64,000 nucleotides of DNA from a virus (IMGVR_UViG_3300029288_004944:64001-128000), one strand, 5' to 3'; numbered from the stretch's first letter, positions 30,908-39,510 are shown. Program-made: numbers and translations. The notes: a model not told the origin generated them from the sequence alone.

Positions 30908-31153
30908 TTATTTTATTTCTTTCATATAATCTTTCATTCTGTTTATCTCTTTTTCCAATGCATCATTAAACTCCTGTTCTGTCTGCACCTCATCGGGAGA
31001 ATACCATTCTAATTTACCATCAGGAAATTTAATCCTGATAGTTTCTTTTCTACCGAGAATCTCAGGCAGAAAAGATGCCATTTCAAAAACTTCACCTTTA
31101 GCCGCTTCCATTGTTTTATATCTTAGGACATAGACAGAATCGCCCTTTTTCAT
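30908..31153 (-). CDS. Hypothetical protein (SH3-like pattern)
   Basis: MKKGDSVYV...IKFPDG. Confidence 0.5.
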   Translation of the reverse strand: MKKGDSVYVLRYKTMEAAKGEVFEMASFLPEILGRKETIRIKFPDGKLEWYSPDEVQTEQEFNDALEKEINRMKDYMKEIK

Positions 31154-31782
31154 TTTATATCACCCTTTAATACTTTTTGTATAACATCGGCAACAGGGCC
31201 AACATCACACACCTTTTTACACCAATACCTTCCTGAACTTCCCGTCATATCCCACAATGCATCCACAGAAAAACCGGATTTATTCAATAATGCCCTTGTT
31301 TGTGCATGATTAGTCACAATAACATGATCGGGAATTCCTATATAACATTCATGTGGAATCATTAAAACTAACTTACCCCCCACTTTCAGCACTCTATTTG
31401 CTTCATATAAGGCTATTAGTGGAGAAATTGTATGCTCTAAAATCTCCCACATTATAACACCATCAAACATATTACTTGCCCAAGGTAATTCATGAACATC
31501 TCCAATTACTATTGATCCACCAATCCATTCGCCATATTTCTCAATCGCTTTCTTCTTTTCCACTTCGTTTATGGTTATACCAAACACAATTTTATCTTGA
31601 TTATGCAATTCATTCATGGCTACACCCGTTCCACAACCAATATCCAAAATTATTTTACAGTCATTTAAATAATCTAAATTACCCTTTCCAAGAGGCAAAG
31701 AAAGATCTTCTGTTCCACGATCCCTGTCTGCCATTTCCTTGGGCATTAACTTTAAATATCTATTCCACTTTTCTTGATCCAT
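31150..31782 (-). CDS. Class I SAM-dependent methyltransferase
   Basis: ILDIGCGTG, GDVHELP, ILEH, RVLKVGG. Confidence 0.88.
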   Translation of the reverse strand: MDQEKWNRYLKLMPKEMADRDRGTEDLSLPLGKGNLDYLNDCKIILDIGCGTGVAMNELHNQDKIVFGITINEVEKKKAIEKYGEWIGGSIVIGDVHELPWASNMFDGVIMWEILEHTISPLIALYEANRVLKVGGKLVLMIPHECYIGIPDHVIVTNHAQTRALLNKSGFSVDALWDMTGSSGRYWCKKVCDVGPVADVIQKVLKGDIK

Positions 31783-31796
31783 TATATACTCCTATA

Positions 31797-32153
31797 TCAA
31801 ATTCTATCACATATCATTTTTAATCTTTCTTCCTGAATTCTTTCACTTTCAGCATGTACCTCACAAAATCCAACTTCAATATCATTTATTAAATGAACAA
31901 ATTCTTTTTCATTTCCGCTCCTAACAGTAACTTTACAACCAAAAATTTCAGCCAAATTCGGAATATCTGTATACTTATTAAATACATGCCAATCAAGTAT
32001 ATAACTACCACTTGCTCTTAAATCAATTTCAAGTTTAATAATCTCAACTCGGGCTTTTCTTTCTGCTAAAACTATTGCAATTGCTATATTAGGATCATCT
32101 TCTTTTATCTTGCCCTCAGACCAACGATTAATTATTGTTTGAATTATATCCAC
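31797..32153 (-). CDS. Hypothetical protein with a degenerate MDIKQD-like leader
   Basis: N-terminus MDIIQTIINRWSEGKIKEDDP. Confidence 0.5.
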   Translation of the reverse strand: MDIIQTIINRWSEGKIKEDDPNIAIAIVLAERKARVEIIKLEIDLRASGSYILDWHVFNKYTDIPNLAEIFGCKVTVRSGNEKEFVHLINDIEVGFCEVHAESERIQEERLKMICDRI

Positions 32154-32170
32154 TATATCTCCCCATTAAA

Positions 32171-32749
32171 CTAACAATATCTCGTATCATTAACCACAAT
32201 ATTTCTGGAAGCAAAATAATCTGATATACAAATACAATACTCAAGCAAGTTCTCAGGCAAAGGACATCTATCAGCCTGCCAATGAGACATATGTACTTCT
32301 ATTAGATCCTGAATACGCCTTGAATGCTTAAAAGGTTTCTGACCGACAATTATACTACCATAAATGGGATGCAACTCAAAAGAACCATTCAACTTTCTTG
32401 AAAAATCAGTTTCTTTGTAGTATTTCCAATCCGGAGAATCTACTACCCCCTGCATTGTAATATCCAACATCCCAATATCGTGCATTAAAGATGCTGCAAT
32501 TAAAATATTATAGTCATCCCCTGTAATTTTAAATTCTCTTGCCAACTCATGAGCAAACCATACTGTTCTCTTTAAGTGAGTTATAATATCCCTGTCCTGC
32601 TCATGATATTTCCCTGACAAAGATGATGGTTGAACTAATAATTGTTCTTCATAGGCTTTAAATATCCTTTCTACATTGCTACGAATTACATCATCCTTAA
32701 TCAATCCCAGTTCTTCTTTAAAAACAACTAAAATATCTTCACTCATCAA
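32171..32749 (-). CDS. HD-domain phosphohydrolase
   Basis: PSS..GKYH...H...HDIG...H...H...SD. Confidence 0.8.
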   Translation of the reverse strand: MMSEDILVVFKEELGLIKDDVIRSNVERIFKAYEEQLLVQPSSLSGKYHEQDRDIITHLKRTVWFAHELAREFKITGDDYNILIAASLMHDIGMLDITMQGVVDSPDWKYYKETDFSRKLNGSFELHPIYGSIIVGQKPFKHSRRIQDLIEVHMSHWQADRCPLPENLLEYCICISDYFASRNIVVNDTRYC

Positions 32750-32770
32750 TTACTCCTTTATATTACTATA

Positions 32771-33175
32771 TTACTCTTCCGGAACTTCAAAATCGTTAGA
32801 GTGATCACAATTCTCATCTACACTTTGTTTTGTATTAGAATTATCAGCAGAACTTGCAGATCCTTCGCTCTTCTTAGATGATAATATTTGAATAGAACTG
32901 GCTTCCAACTGAGATTGTCGTTTATACATTCCTTTATTATTTTTATATGAATCACAACGATACCTTCCTCCAACCATTACAAGCATACCTTTCTTTAGAA
33001 TCTTTGACAATGCATCTGCTCGTGCATAAGAAACAACATCGACAAACATGTTGACATCTTTACCTGCAAAATAATCCGAAACCCCAAGAGAAAACTTTAC
33101 CACAGGCGTCTGCTTTGCCGTAAACTGCAATTCAGCGTCTGCCACCAAATACCCACATATTGCTCCAAAAAACAT
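32771..33175 (-). CDS. ssb: Single-stranded DNA-binding protein
   Basis: GYLVADAEL, LKKGMLVMVGG, acidic tail. Confidence 0.8.
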   Translation of the reverse strand: MFFGAICGYLVADAELQFTAKQTPVVKFSLGVSDYFAGKDVNMFVDVVSYARADALSKILKKGMLVMVGGRYRCDSYKNNKGMYKRQSQLEASSIQILSSKKSEGSASSADNSNTKQSVDENCDHSNDFEVPEE

Positions 33176-33203
33176 TATTCCTCCCTTAATCTTTTATTTT
33201 TTA

Positions 33204-33899
33204 CTATCCTTTTATAATCTGTACCAATAATTTATTGATTACATCCAAATCAACTTCTTTTTGCAACTTTGTATTATTATAAGCATCATTTAATTCTCTA
33301 TTTAATTCGTTATATCTCTTAACAATATCTTCATATTCAACTTCATAGTTCTTAATTTTAAGCAAATAGTCAGCATTTTTTCTTGGAAGCACAATTTCCC
33401 CATCTCTTAGATATTCAATACCCTCTTCCATTAATCTAACCATATTAAGAGCATTTTTGCTTAACCAACCATATTTTTCAATTAATTCTTTTCTTTTTGC
33501 TCCTGTCTTTTTATTAACCGTACTAATCGCCAAAAACTCTCCTTGGGCATACCCCCTAAAACACCTATAAATCTGCTCAGCCCCTAAAAATAATGCACGA
33601 TTATTCCTAATAATTTTACCACGATAATCCATACGTAAAATACAAGGATCTGAAATATAAAGTATTTCAAGAATATTTGGATTACATTCTGACGCTAATT
33701 TAAAAAAATCCTTTATAGGGTAATATACAGCATCTTCAACACTATCTCTTAATTCTTTTGGAGTAATAAGACATAAATGTTCTTCTAATGTCGGTAGCCA
33801 CACTCCTCTTATATCTCTATCAGATGTAAGAGTAGCAGTTCCATACGAATGTGAGCCCGACAAAACTTCATATATTATATTTTTATTTCCTGTATCCAT
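33204..33899 (-). CDS. Pol-beta superfamily nucleotidyltransferase (RlaP/YcgL-like)
   Basis: GSHSYG...SDRDIRG, NPNILE. Confidence 0.8.
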   Translation of the reverse strand: MDTGNKNIIYEVLSGSHSYGTATLTSDRDIRGVWLPTLEEHLCLITPKELRDSVEDAVYYPIKDFFKLASECNPNILEILYISDPCILRMDYRGKIIRNNRALFLGAEQIYRCFRGYAQGEFLAISTVNKKTGAKRKELIEKYGWLSKNALNMVRLMEEGIEYLRDGEIVLPRKNADYLLKIKNYEVEYEDIVKRYNELNRELNDAYNNTKLQKEVDLDVINKLLVQIIKG

Positions 33900-33910
33900 T
33901 ATTCCTTCCT

Positions 33911-34399
33911 TTATCTAACATTAGGCATAACAGCGCCCATTTGTTTTGAATCTTGCAAAACAGTCCAGTCATGACTCATTATTTCAGCCTCTTTATTTGA
34001 AATAAAATAAGTGGTATCATCTTTTGAACCTTTCAATATTTTACTCATTATAGTTTGCTCAACATCCGGTATTGGAATATAAATATGGGCAATATACCAA
34101 TTAAAATTTTTGGAATAAGGATTATCATCTGCTATCCTATAAATAATACTTACATAATAATAATCGAACAAGGGATCTTTCCCGTGTTTTGTAATCTGTG
34201 CCTTATATGATCCTTTTCGACAAAATAAAAATGTCCACACCTCCAAAAACATATCAAATGTAAAAGAAGATCTAAAAGGAATACCACCATCCATTATTGT
34301 ACTAAATGGCCATTGAATATAGGATGTAGTATATACCCTTGGCAAATCAGAAATATCGTCTTCTCCAAGTTTTTTAATTATCTCATCTTTCATATCCAT
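33911..34399 (-). CDS. Hypothetical protein with an MDIKQD-type leader on a non-MORN body
   Basis: MDMKDEIIKKLGEDDISDLPR aligns without gaps to the 3389-3667 leader. Confidence 0.65.
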   Translation of the reverse strand: MDMKDEIIKKLGEDDISDLPRVYTTSYIQWPFSTIMDGGIPFRSSFTFDMFLEVWTFLFCRKGSYKAQITKHGKDPLFDYYYVSIIYRIADDNPYSKNFNWYIAHIYIPIPDVEQTIMSKILKGSKDDTTYFISNKEAEIMSHDWTVLQDSKQMGAVMPNVR

Positions 34400-34410
34400 A
34401 AAAAATCCTT

Positions 34411-34602
34411 TTATTTCTTCTTAAATTTCTTACATTTTTCTCTCATTTTCATTTCTTTAAATGCATCACTAACAGAACAGACCGCAGGACTTTTTGCTTT
34501 TTTTACATTACCAATCTTCCCCATTTGTTTTATAATCTTATCACATCCCCACCCAAGTTCAATATTACCATTTTTTCTTATGTGCACAAAAATTTTAGAC
34601 AT
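34411..34602 (-). CDS. Small basic hypothetical protein
   Basis: 63-aa ORF with GGGGG SD. Confidence 0.5.
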   Translation of the reverse strand: MSKIFVHIRKNGNIELGWGCDKIIKQMGKIGNVKKAKSPAVCSVSDAFKEMKMREKCKKFKKK

Positions 34603-34616
34603 ATATCCCCCTGTTT

Positions 34617-34718
34617 ATAAAACGGTAAGACTCTTGGCAGTATAATTAGCGGAACGAAATACCATAATAGCATACTGCTGTATTATGATAACCCTAACAA
34701 AAGCCTTTAACCGCCTAT
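34617..34718 (-). ncRNA. Unassigned structured RNA (rod with potential pseudoknot)
   Basis: Nested helices with several G-U pairs valid only on the minus strand; loop GCAGTAT complementary to bulge ATACTGC. Confidence 0.6.
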
Positions 34719-34725
34719 TTTTCAA

Positions 34726-34926
34726 CTAACATATATGATCAGTTACAACCTCATCCACCGGCTGTTCATAACTATAATCCCTATTGGCATCCATTTTAAC
34801 AGCCGAACCCAATGCTCCCTGTATCTGTTCAACAATACCCTTACAAGACTTCCCAAGATTCTGACCCTCAGGTAAAGATATATCCACTTTCCCCATTCTA
34901 TCTATCCTTATTTTTACAATCGCCAT
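34726..34926 (-). CDS. DUF2997-like protein
   Basis: IRIDRMGKV...GKSC...ALG pattern; adjacent to DUF1257 and AAA genes. Confidence 0.65.
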   Translation of the reverse strand: MAIVKIRIDRMGKVDISLPEGQNLGKSCKGIVEQIQGALGSAVKMDANRDYSYEQPVDEVVTDHIC

Positions 34927-34942
34927 ACTAACCTCCCCTTTT

Positions 34943-35275
34943 TTATCCTACTTCAATCTCCATAAGAATGTCTTCATTGATATTGTCATCCCTTTGTATT
35001 ACACCACTCATATTTTCCGCAATGCTGTAAACCATTCTATGAGCATATTCCCTTAAAAACTTATAAGCATCGGAACTTGTTCTGCCATAACACACATAAA
35101 GCCCTTGACTATTCTTTTTAAAACCAAAACTACCACAATTAATGTCCACCTCTTGCACATCATTGTGCTCTCTAATAGTCCCACCCTCTTTAACCTCGTG
35201 GCCCATTTCTGTCAAGATGCTCTTCAAACAATCCAAATCCCTAATCTCCGTCTCTACCTTTGCTACATAACTCAT
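34943..35275 (-). CDS. DUF1257 (Ycf35)-like protein
   Basis: MSYVAKVETEIRDLDCL...LTEMG...FGFKKN..GLY. Confidence 0.7.
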   Translation of the reverse strand: MSYVAKVETEIRDLDCLKSILTEMGHEVKEGGTIREHNDVQEVDINCGSFGFKKNSQGLYVCYGRTSSDAYKFLREYAHRMVYSIAENMSGVIQRDDNINEDILMEIEVG

Positions 35276-35302
35276 AATACCTCCTTTTTATTTAAAAACT
35301 TT

Positions 35303-36838
35303 TTACACTACTTTTCTTTTTGCAAGCATTGCTCTTGTACCTTGGCCATCTTTATTAATGTGTACCCAATCACGTAAAAATTCTATATCTTCTCTTGCTG
35401 TTTCATATATAGGAACAGTATCCCTAACAGCCTTAATCAAATGAGTATCATCCAATTCTTTCTTTTCATAAAAAGCCATAACCAATGCAGTCTTTACAAC
35501 CTGCTCAATTTCGGCTCCTGTAAAATTATTTGTAGCCTGCATTAACTGTTCAAGATTATATTTCTTGGGATCTCTTTTTCTTTTAATTAAATGAATTGCA
35601 AATATAGCCATACGCTCAATTTCATCAGGAAGATCTACAAAAAATATTCCATCCCATCTACCGCTTCTTTTTAACTCAGGGGGCAATAATGAAATATTAT
35701 TTGCAGTTGCAACTAAAATAACATCTGATTTTTTATCCTGCATCCAAGACAAGAATGTTCCGACAACTCTTGCAGACGTTCCACCATCAGAAAAATTACT
35801 TGACTGTACTCCGGATAAACCTTTTTCCATTTCATCTATAAAAAGCACACAAGGAGCAATTGCCTCAATTGTTGCCAACACATTACGAGTATTACTTTCT
35901 GAACTACCTACGGTTGAACTAAACAACTTTCCTATATCTAATCTTATCATAGGCAAACCCCATATACTTGCCATTGCCTTACAAGCCAAACTCTTTCCAA
36001 CACCGGGAATACCTACAAGCATCAACCCTTTAGGCTTGTCCAATCCAAATTTTTCAGCCTCAGATGTAAATATATTCTTTCTACTTTTAAGCCAAAATTT
36101 AAGATCATCCATTCCACCAACATTATCCATATTCTCAGGAATTCCCACATAGTCAAGAAAACCTGTCTTATAAATAATTTGTTTTTTAATATCCCTCAAC
36201 ATTTCAACGTTTACATTACCATATTTATTTAAACTCAAACCTGCAGAAGAAGAAACTTCTGTCTTAGTTAAGCCTTGGGATGCACTAATTACATCGTGCA
36301 TTTCATCTTCCGATAAAACCTTGAATTTTTTCTTTATAGATACACACCCATCTTCTATTTTACGATACATATCCTCCAATTCTTCTTTTGAAGGCAATGG
36401 CCACTCAATAAGCATAAAAGTTCTCTGCCAATCAGGTGGTAAAATATTACACGTATGCACAAACATAAAGATAATCTTGGTTTTTCGCCACATTTCCTGC
36501 ATGGTAGACATTGCCATCAAATCAGGCTGAGGTCTTGCTGCCGAAGATCCACATAATTGTGGAACATCACGAATTATCAATATTGTTTTCTCTTGCTGAC
36601 CTATCTTTTTTTCAATTTCTTTTAACGCAGGAACAAATCCTTGTGTGGTAGGAGAAACTTCTTTTGTTCCCCTTAAACGTAAACCTGTTCCCAATGACCA
36701 TTCCCATACATTTTTTTTCTCTTTATCATTACCATACTTTGTGTCAAACTCATCCATAAACAATTCCATATCAGGAGCCACGACATATATAAAAGGAACT
36801 GTCGTTTCAATCATGTGTTTCAAATCATCTTTTTCCAT
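35303..36838 (-). CDS. Ycf46-like AAA+ ATPase
   Basis: VGGMDDLK, GIPGVGKS, FIDEMEK, ATAN, RSGRWD. Confidence 0.88.
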   Translation of the reverse strand: MEKDDLKHMIETTVPFIYVVAPDMELFMDEFDTKYGNDKEKKNVWEWSLGTGLRLRGTKEVSPTTQGFVPALKEIEKKIGQQEKTILIIRDVPQLCGSSAARPQPDLMAMSTMQEMWRKTKIIFMFVHTCNILPPDWQRTFMLIEWPLPSKEELEDMYRKIEDGCVSIKKKFKVLSEDEMHDVISASQGLTKTEVSSSAGLSLNKYGNVNVEMLRDIKKQIIYKTGFLDYVGIPENMDNVGGMDDLKFWLKSRKNIFTSEAEKFGLDKPKGLMLVGIPGVGKSLACKAMASIWGLPMIRLDIGKLFSSTVGSSESNTRNVLATIEAIAPCVLFIDEMEKGLSGVQSSNFSDGGTSARVVGTFLSWMQDKKSDVILVATANNISLLPPELKRSGRWDGIFFVDLPDEIERMAIFAIHLIKRKRDPKKYNLEQLMQATNNFTGAEIEQVVKTALVMAFYEKKELDDTHLIKAVRDTVPIYETAREDIEFLRDWVHINKDGQGTRAMLAKRKVV

Positions 36839-36862
36839 ATCTCTCTCCCCCTATTTTTGTCT

Positions 36863-37183
36863 CTATATTTCCTTACCGGTTTTATAATTTAATACCACAA
36901 ATTCTTTAAAATCTTTCTTTGAAAAAAGTTCTTTACCTGTTTTACCATATCTCTTTTTCTTAATCAATCTACCGTTTCTATACCATTTAAGAGTTTTAAT
37001 ATTTCCGTTCGGCCAATAATGCTCATATGCAGGCAAATCATTATCACGGTGAAAATCACCTTTTTGATTACGCCAATGACGATAATAAAGGCTACCATTC
37101 TGCCAAAATTTCATTTCTGTTGGTTTGTCGTTATCGGCAATATCAGGCCCAAGACGTTTTATAATATCTTGCTTTATATCCAT
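36863..37183 (-). CDS. MDIKQD-leader MORN-variant repeat protein (copy 2)
   Basis: Shared leader; HRDNDLPA, YWPNG. Confidence 0.8.
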   Translation of the reverse strand: MDIKQDIIKRLGPDIADNDKPTEMKFWQNGSLYYRHWRNQKGDFHRDNDLPAYEHYWPNGNIKTLKWYRNGRLIKKKRYGKTGKELFSKKDFKEFVVLNYKTGKEI

Positions 37184-37194
37184 GCATCCCCATC

Positions 37195-38058
37195 CTATCT
37201 TATTACTCTTTTTTTATGTTTCTTTCTATGACAATCTTCACACAGTGTTATTCCATTGTTAACATCCCACAATGGTTCATACATCATTGCTGCTGTATAG
37301 AGATCGAATAGAGATAGATTGCCTTTTATCTCTTTCATGAAACTTGAAAAAGATCTCTTATTGTGGTGTGCATTTAAATTACCACCACTATCATCCCCAC
37401 ACTCTTGACACGTGTATCCATCTTTCTTAAAAATATCTGTACGCCATTGATCATATTTTAAAGAATTTCTTATCAATTGTATAACGGGTGTTATACCACC
37501 CTTCCAATTACCATTTTTTTCACCTTTACTTAATTCTGAATGTTTTCGTATTGTTTCTTCTGATGGATGTTTACCCACATGAGATTCTGATTGTTTTATT
37601 CTTGTTTCTTCTGATGGATGTTTATGCCAATTACAATTCTTTTCACCCTTTTGCGATTCTGATTTTTTCTTTTTCCATTCTTCTGTATGAGATTTACCAT
37701 AATTATGATTTTTTTCACCACATTGAGATTTTGATATTTTTTGTCTTGTTTCTTCTGTGAGAGAATGTCCCATCAAAGATTCTGATTGTTTTCGTTTTGA
37801 TTCCTCTGTGCGAATCTTACCCTTATGTGATTTTGAATTTTTTCTATTGTGTTCTTCTGATGGGTGTTTACCAATCTTATCATGTCCTTTTATATATTTA
37901 CATTCATAACCCATCTTAGTATATTTTGAACGTAATTGATTGCAACCACAAGGGCATAAAATTTGAATAGATAAACACTCATCACAAACTTCTTTTTTAT
38001 TGGGCTTTAATGTACCATCATTGGATTTATGACAAGATTTAATTCTACAATGCATCAT
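37195..38058 (-). CDS. Free-standing HNH homing endonuclease with NUMOD3 repeats (likely start 38058)
   Basis: CPCGC, repeated GKHPSEETR.K.S units, CQECG...NAHH...NGITLCEDCH. Confidence 0.88.
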   Translation of the reverse strand: MMHCRIKSCHKSNDGTLKPNKKEVCDECLSIQILCPCGCNQLRSKYTKMGYECKYIKGHDKIGKHPSEEHNRKNSKSHKGKIRTEESKRKQSESLMGHSLTEETRQKISKSQCGEKNHNYGKSHTEEWKKKKSESQKGEKNCNWHKHPSEETRIKQSESHVGKHPSEETIRKHSELSKGEKNGNWKGGITPVIQLIRNSLKYDQWRTDIFKKDGYTCQECGDDSGGNLNAHHNKRSFSSFMKEIKGNLSLFDLYTAAMMYEPLWDVNNGITLCEDCHRKKHKKRVIR

Positions 38059-38088
38059 ATAAACATTCTCCCTATTTCTTACACACAT

Positions 38089-38117
38089 ATTATAGCACAT
38101 AATATGTCATTTGTCAA
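38089..38117 (-). promoter_or_regulatory. Sigma70 promoter, identical to 2112-2140
   Basis: TTGACAAATGACATATTATGTGCTATAAT. Confidence 0.9.
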
Positions 38118-38120
38118 GTG

Positions 38121-39329
38121 CTATGCTGTTTTTTCTATTATTATTATCGGATTACAAGCCTCAATTACCATATCTTTTGTAATCTTAATAGATGACTGCT
38201 TATTTCCAATATCAAACATAGGAGCAAGCAATATCTTTTCCATAATACTACGCAAACTCCTTGCTCCGGTCTCTCTTTTAATCGCTTCTGTTGCAATTGC
38301 ATCAATAGAATCTTTTTCAAATGTTAAAACAATGCCTGCCATTTTAAATATTTCAATATATTGACTTACAAGGGAATTCTTAGGCTCAGTTAGAATCTTT
38401 ACAAGATCTTCCCTGCTCAATGAATGCAAAGATAATGTAATGGGTAGCCTGCCCAAAAACTCAGGAATCATCCCAAACTCTTTAAAATCTTCATAGGACA
38501 CTTTCTGATATAAATCATCTTTAGACAATTCTTTTTTAAACTCGGATGTAAATCCCAAAATACCATTTTTCTGCACGCGTTTCTTAATAATTTCTTCTAT
38601 GCCCTCAAATGAACCACCACAAACAAACAAAATATTTTTTGTATCCATCATCATAGTTTCAACAGAATATGATTTTTTTACCCCCTCTTTTGGAATTTCA
38701 ACAATTGAACCTTCAAGCATTTTTAATAAAGCCTGTTGAACTCCTTCACCCGATGGATCCCTACCAAAATGCCTGCTTGGCCCGGAACTTGCTATCTTGT
38801 CCACTTCATCAATATATACAATACCCTGCTCAGCCAACTCCATATCTCCATTAGAGGCTGTATAAAGCCGTTTAAGAACATTCTCAACATCTTCACCCAC
38901 ATATCCCGATTGTGTTAAACTCGTGGCATCTGCAACAGCAAAAGGAACGTTTAAAATACGAGACAATGTTTTAAGAAGGAATGTTTTACCAACACCTGTT
39001 GGACCTAACATTAATATATTGGACTTTTCAATTTCAATGTTAGAATGAGAATTTATCCTTTTATAATGATTATAAGATGCAACCGATAATATCTTTTTGG
39101 CTTCATCTTGTCCTATAACATATTCTTGCAATTTATTGTAAATATCCTTCGGCAATAAATTCAATTCAACAAATCGTTTCTTTTTAACCTGATTTTTTTC
39201 CACAACAGTTTTAAAAAAAGTTCTTAGACAATCATAACAAATATGAATAACCCTACCATCGTCTATCTCTTTTGATATAGTTTTACTCTCATCAACTATA
39301 TCTCCGTGAAAATCACAATTAACCAACAT
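38121..39329 (-). CDS. clpX: ATP-dependent Clp protease ATP-binding subunit ClpX
   Basis: VIGQDEAK, GPTGVGKT, GYVGEDVE, DEVDK, GEGVQQALLK, LGF loop, TGARSL. Confidence 0.95.
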   Translation of the reverse strand: MLVNCDFHGDIVDESKTISKEIDDGRVIHICYDCLRTFFKTVVEKNQVKKKRFVELNLLPKDIYNKLQEYVIGQDEAKKILSVASYNHYKRINSHSNIEIEKSNILMLGPTGVGKTFLLKTLSRILNVPFAVADATSLTQSGYVGEDVENVLKRLYTASNGDMELAEQGIVYIDEVDKIASSGPSRHFGRDPSGEGVQQALLKMLEGSIVEIPKEGVKKSYSVETMMMDTKNILFVCGGSFEGIEEIIKKRVQKNGILGFTSEFKKELSKDDLYQKVSYEDFKEFGMIPEFLGRLPITLSLHSLSREDLVKILTEPKNSLVSQYIEIFKMAGIVLTFEKDSIDAIATEAIKRETGARSLRSIMEKILLAPMFDIGNKQSSIKITKDMVIEACNPIIIIEKTA

Positions 39330-39357
39330 TATTTCCTCCCCCTATTTTAATTAAGTT

Positions 39358-39458
39358 ATGGCTCTACTGAGAACACGCCAGACCGTCGGAATAGCGGAAT
39401 TGCGTTTCAATGCTCGCAAATTGGATTTATACCGATATTCATCGCCCAATAGAGCCAT
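39358..39458 (-). ncRNA. Structured leader or small RNA between the promoter and clpX
   Basis: 14-bp closing helix ATGGCTCTATTGGG/CTCAGTAGAGCCAT with internal helices; GC-richer than its surroundings. Confidence 0.5.
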
Positions 39459-39473
39459 TACCCATTTGTATAT

Positions 39474-39502
39474 ATTATATCACACTTTTAAACAAAAGTC
39501 AA
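39474..39502 (-). promoter_or_regulatory. Sigma70 promoter TTGACT-N17-TATAAT (TG extended)
   Basis: TTGACTTTTGTTTAAAAGTGTGATATAAT. Confidence 0.85.
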
Positions 39503-39510
39503 GAAAAATC

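Noticed and set aside
34617-34718. Assignment to a hammerhead or twister ribozyme, or to an intrinsic terminator
   Set aside because: There is no CUGANGA/GAAA core, only a superficial twister-like ACUGCCAA, and the size and lack of a long U-tract do not fit a terminator. Left unassigned.
37540-37880. Direct repeats such as tgtttcttctgatggatgttta
   Set aside because: They are coding repeats of the NUMOD3 units in the HNH endonuclease, not a CRISPR array.
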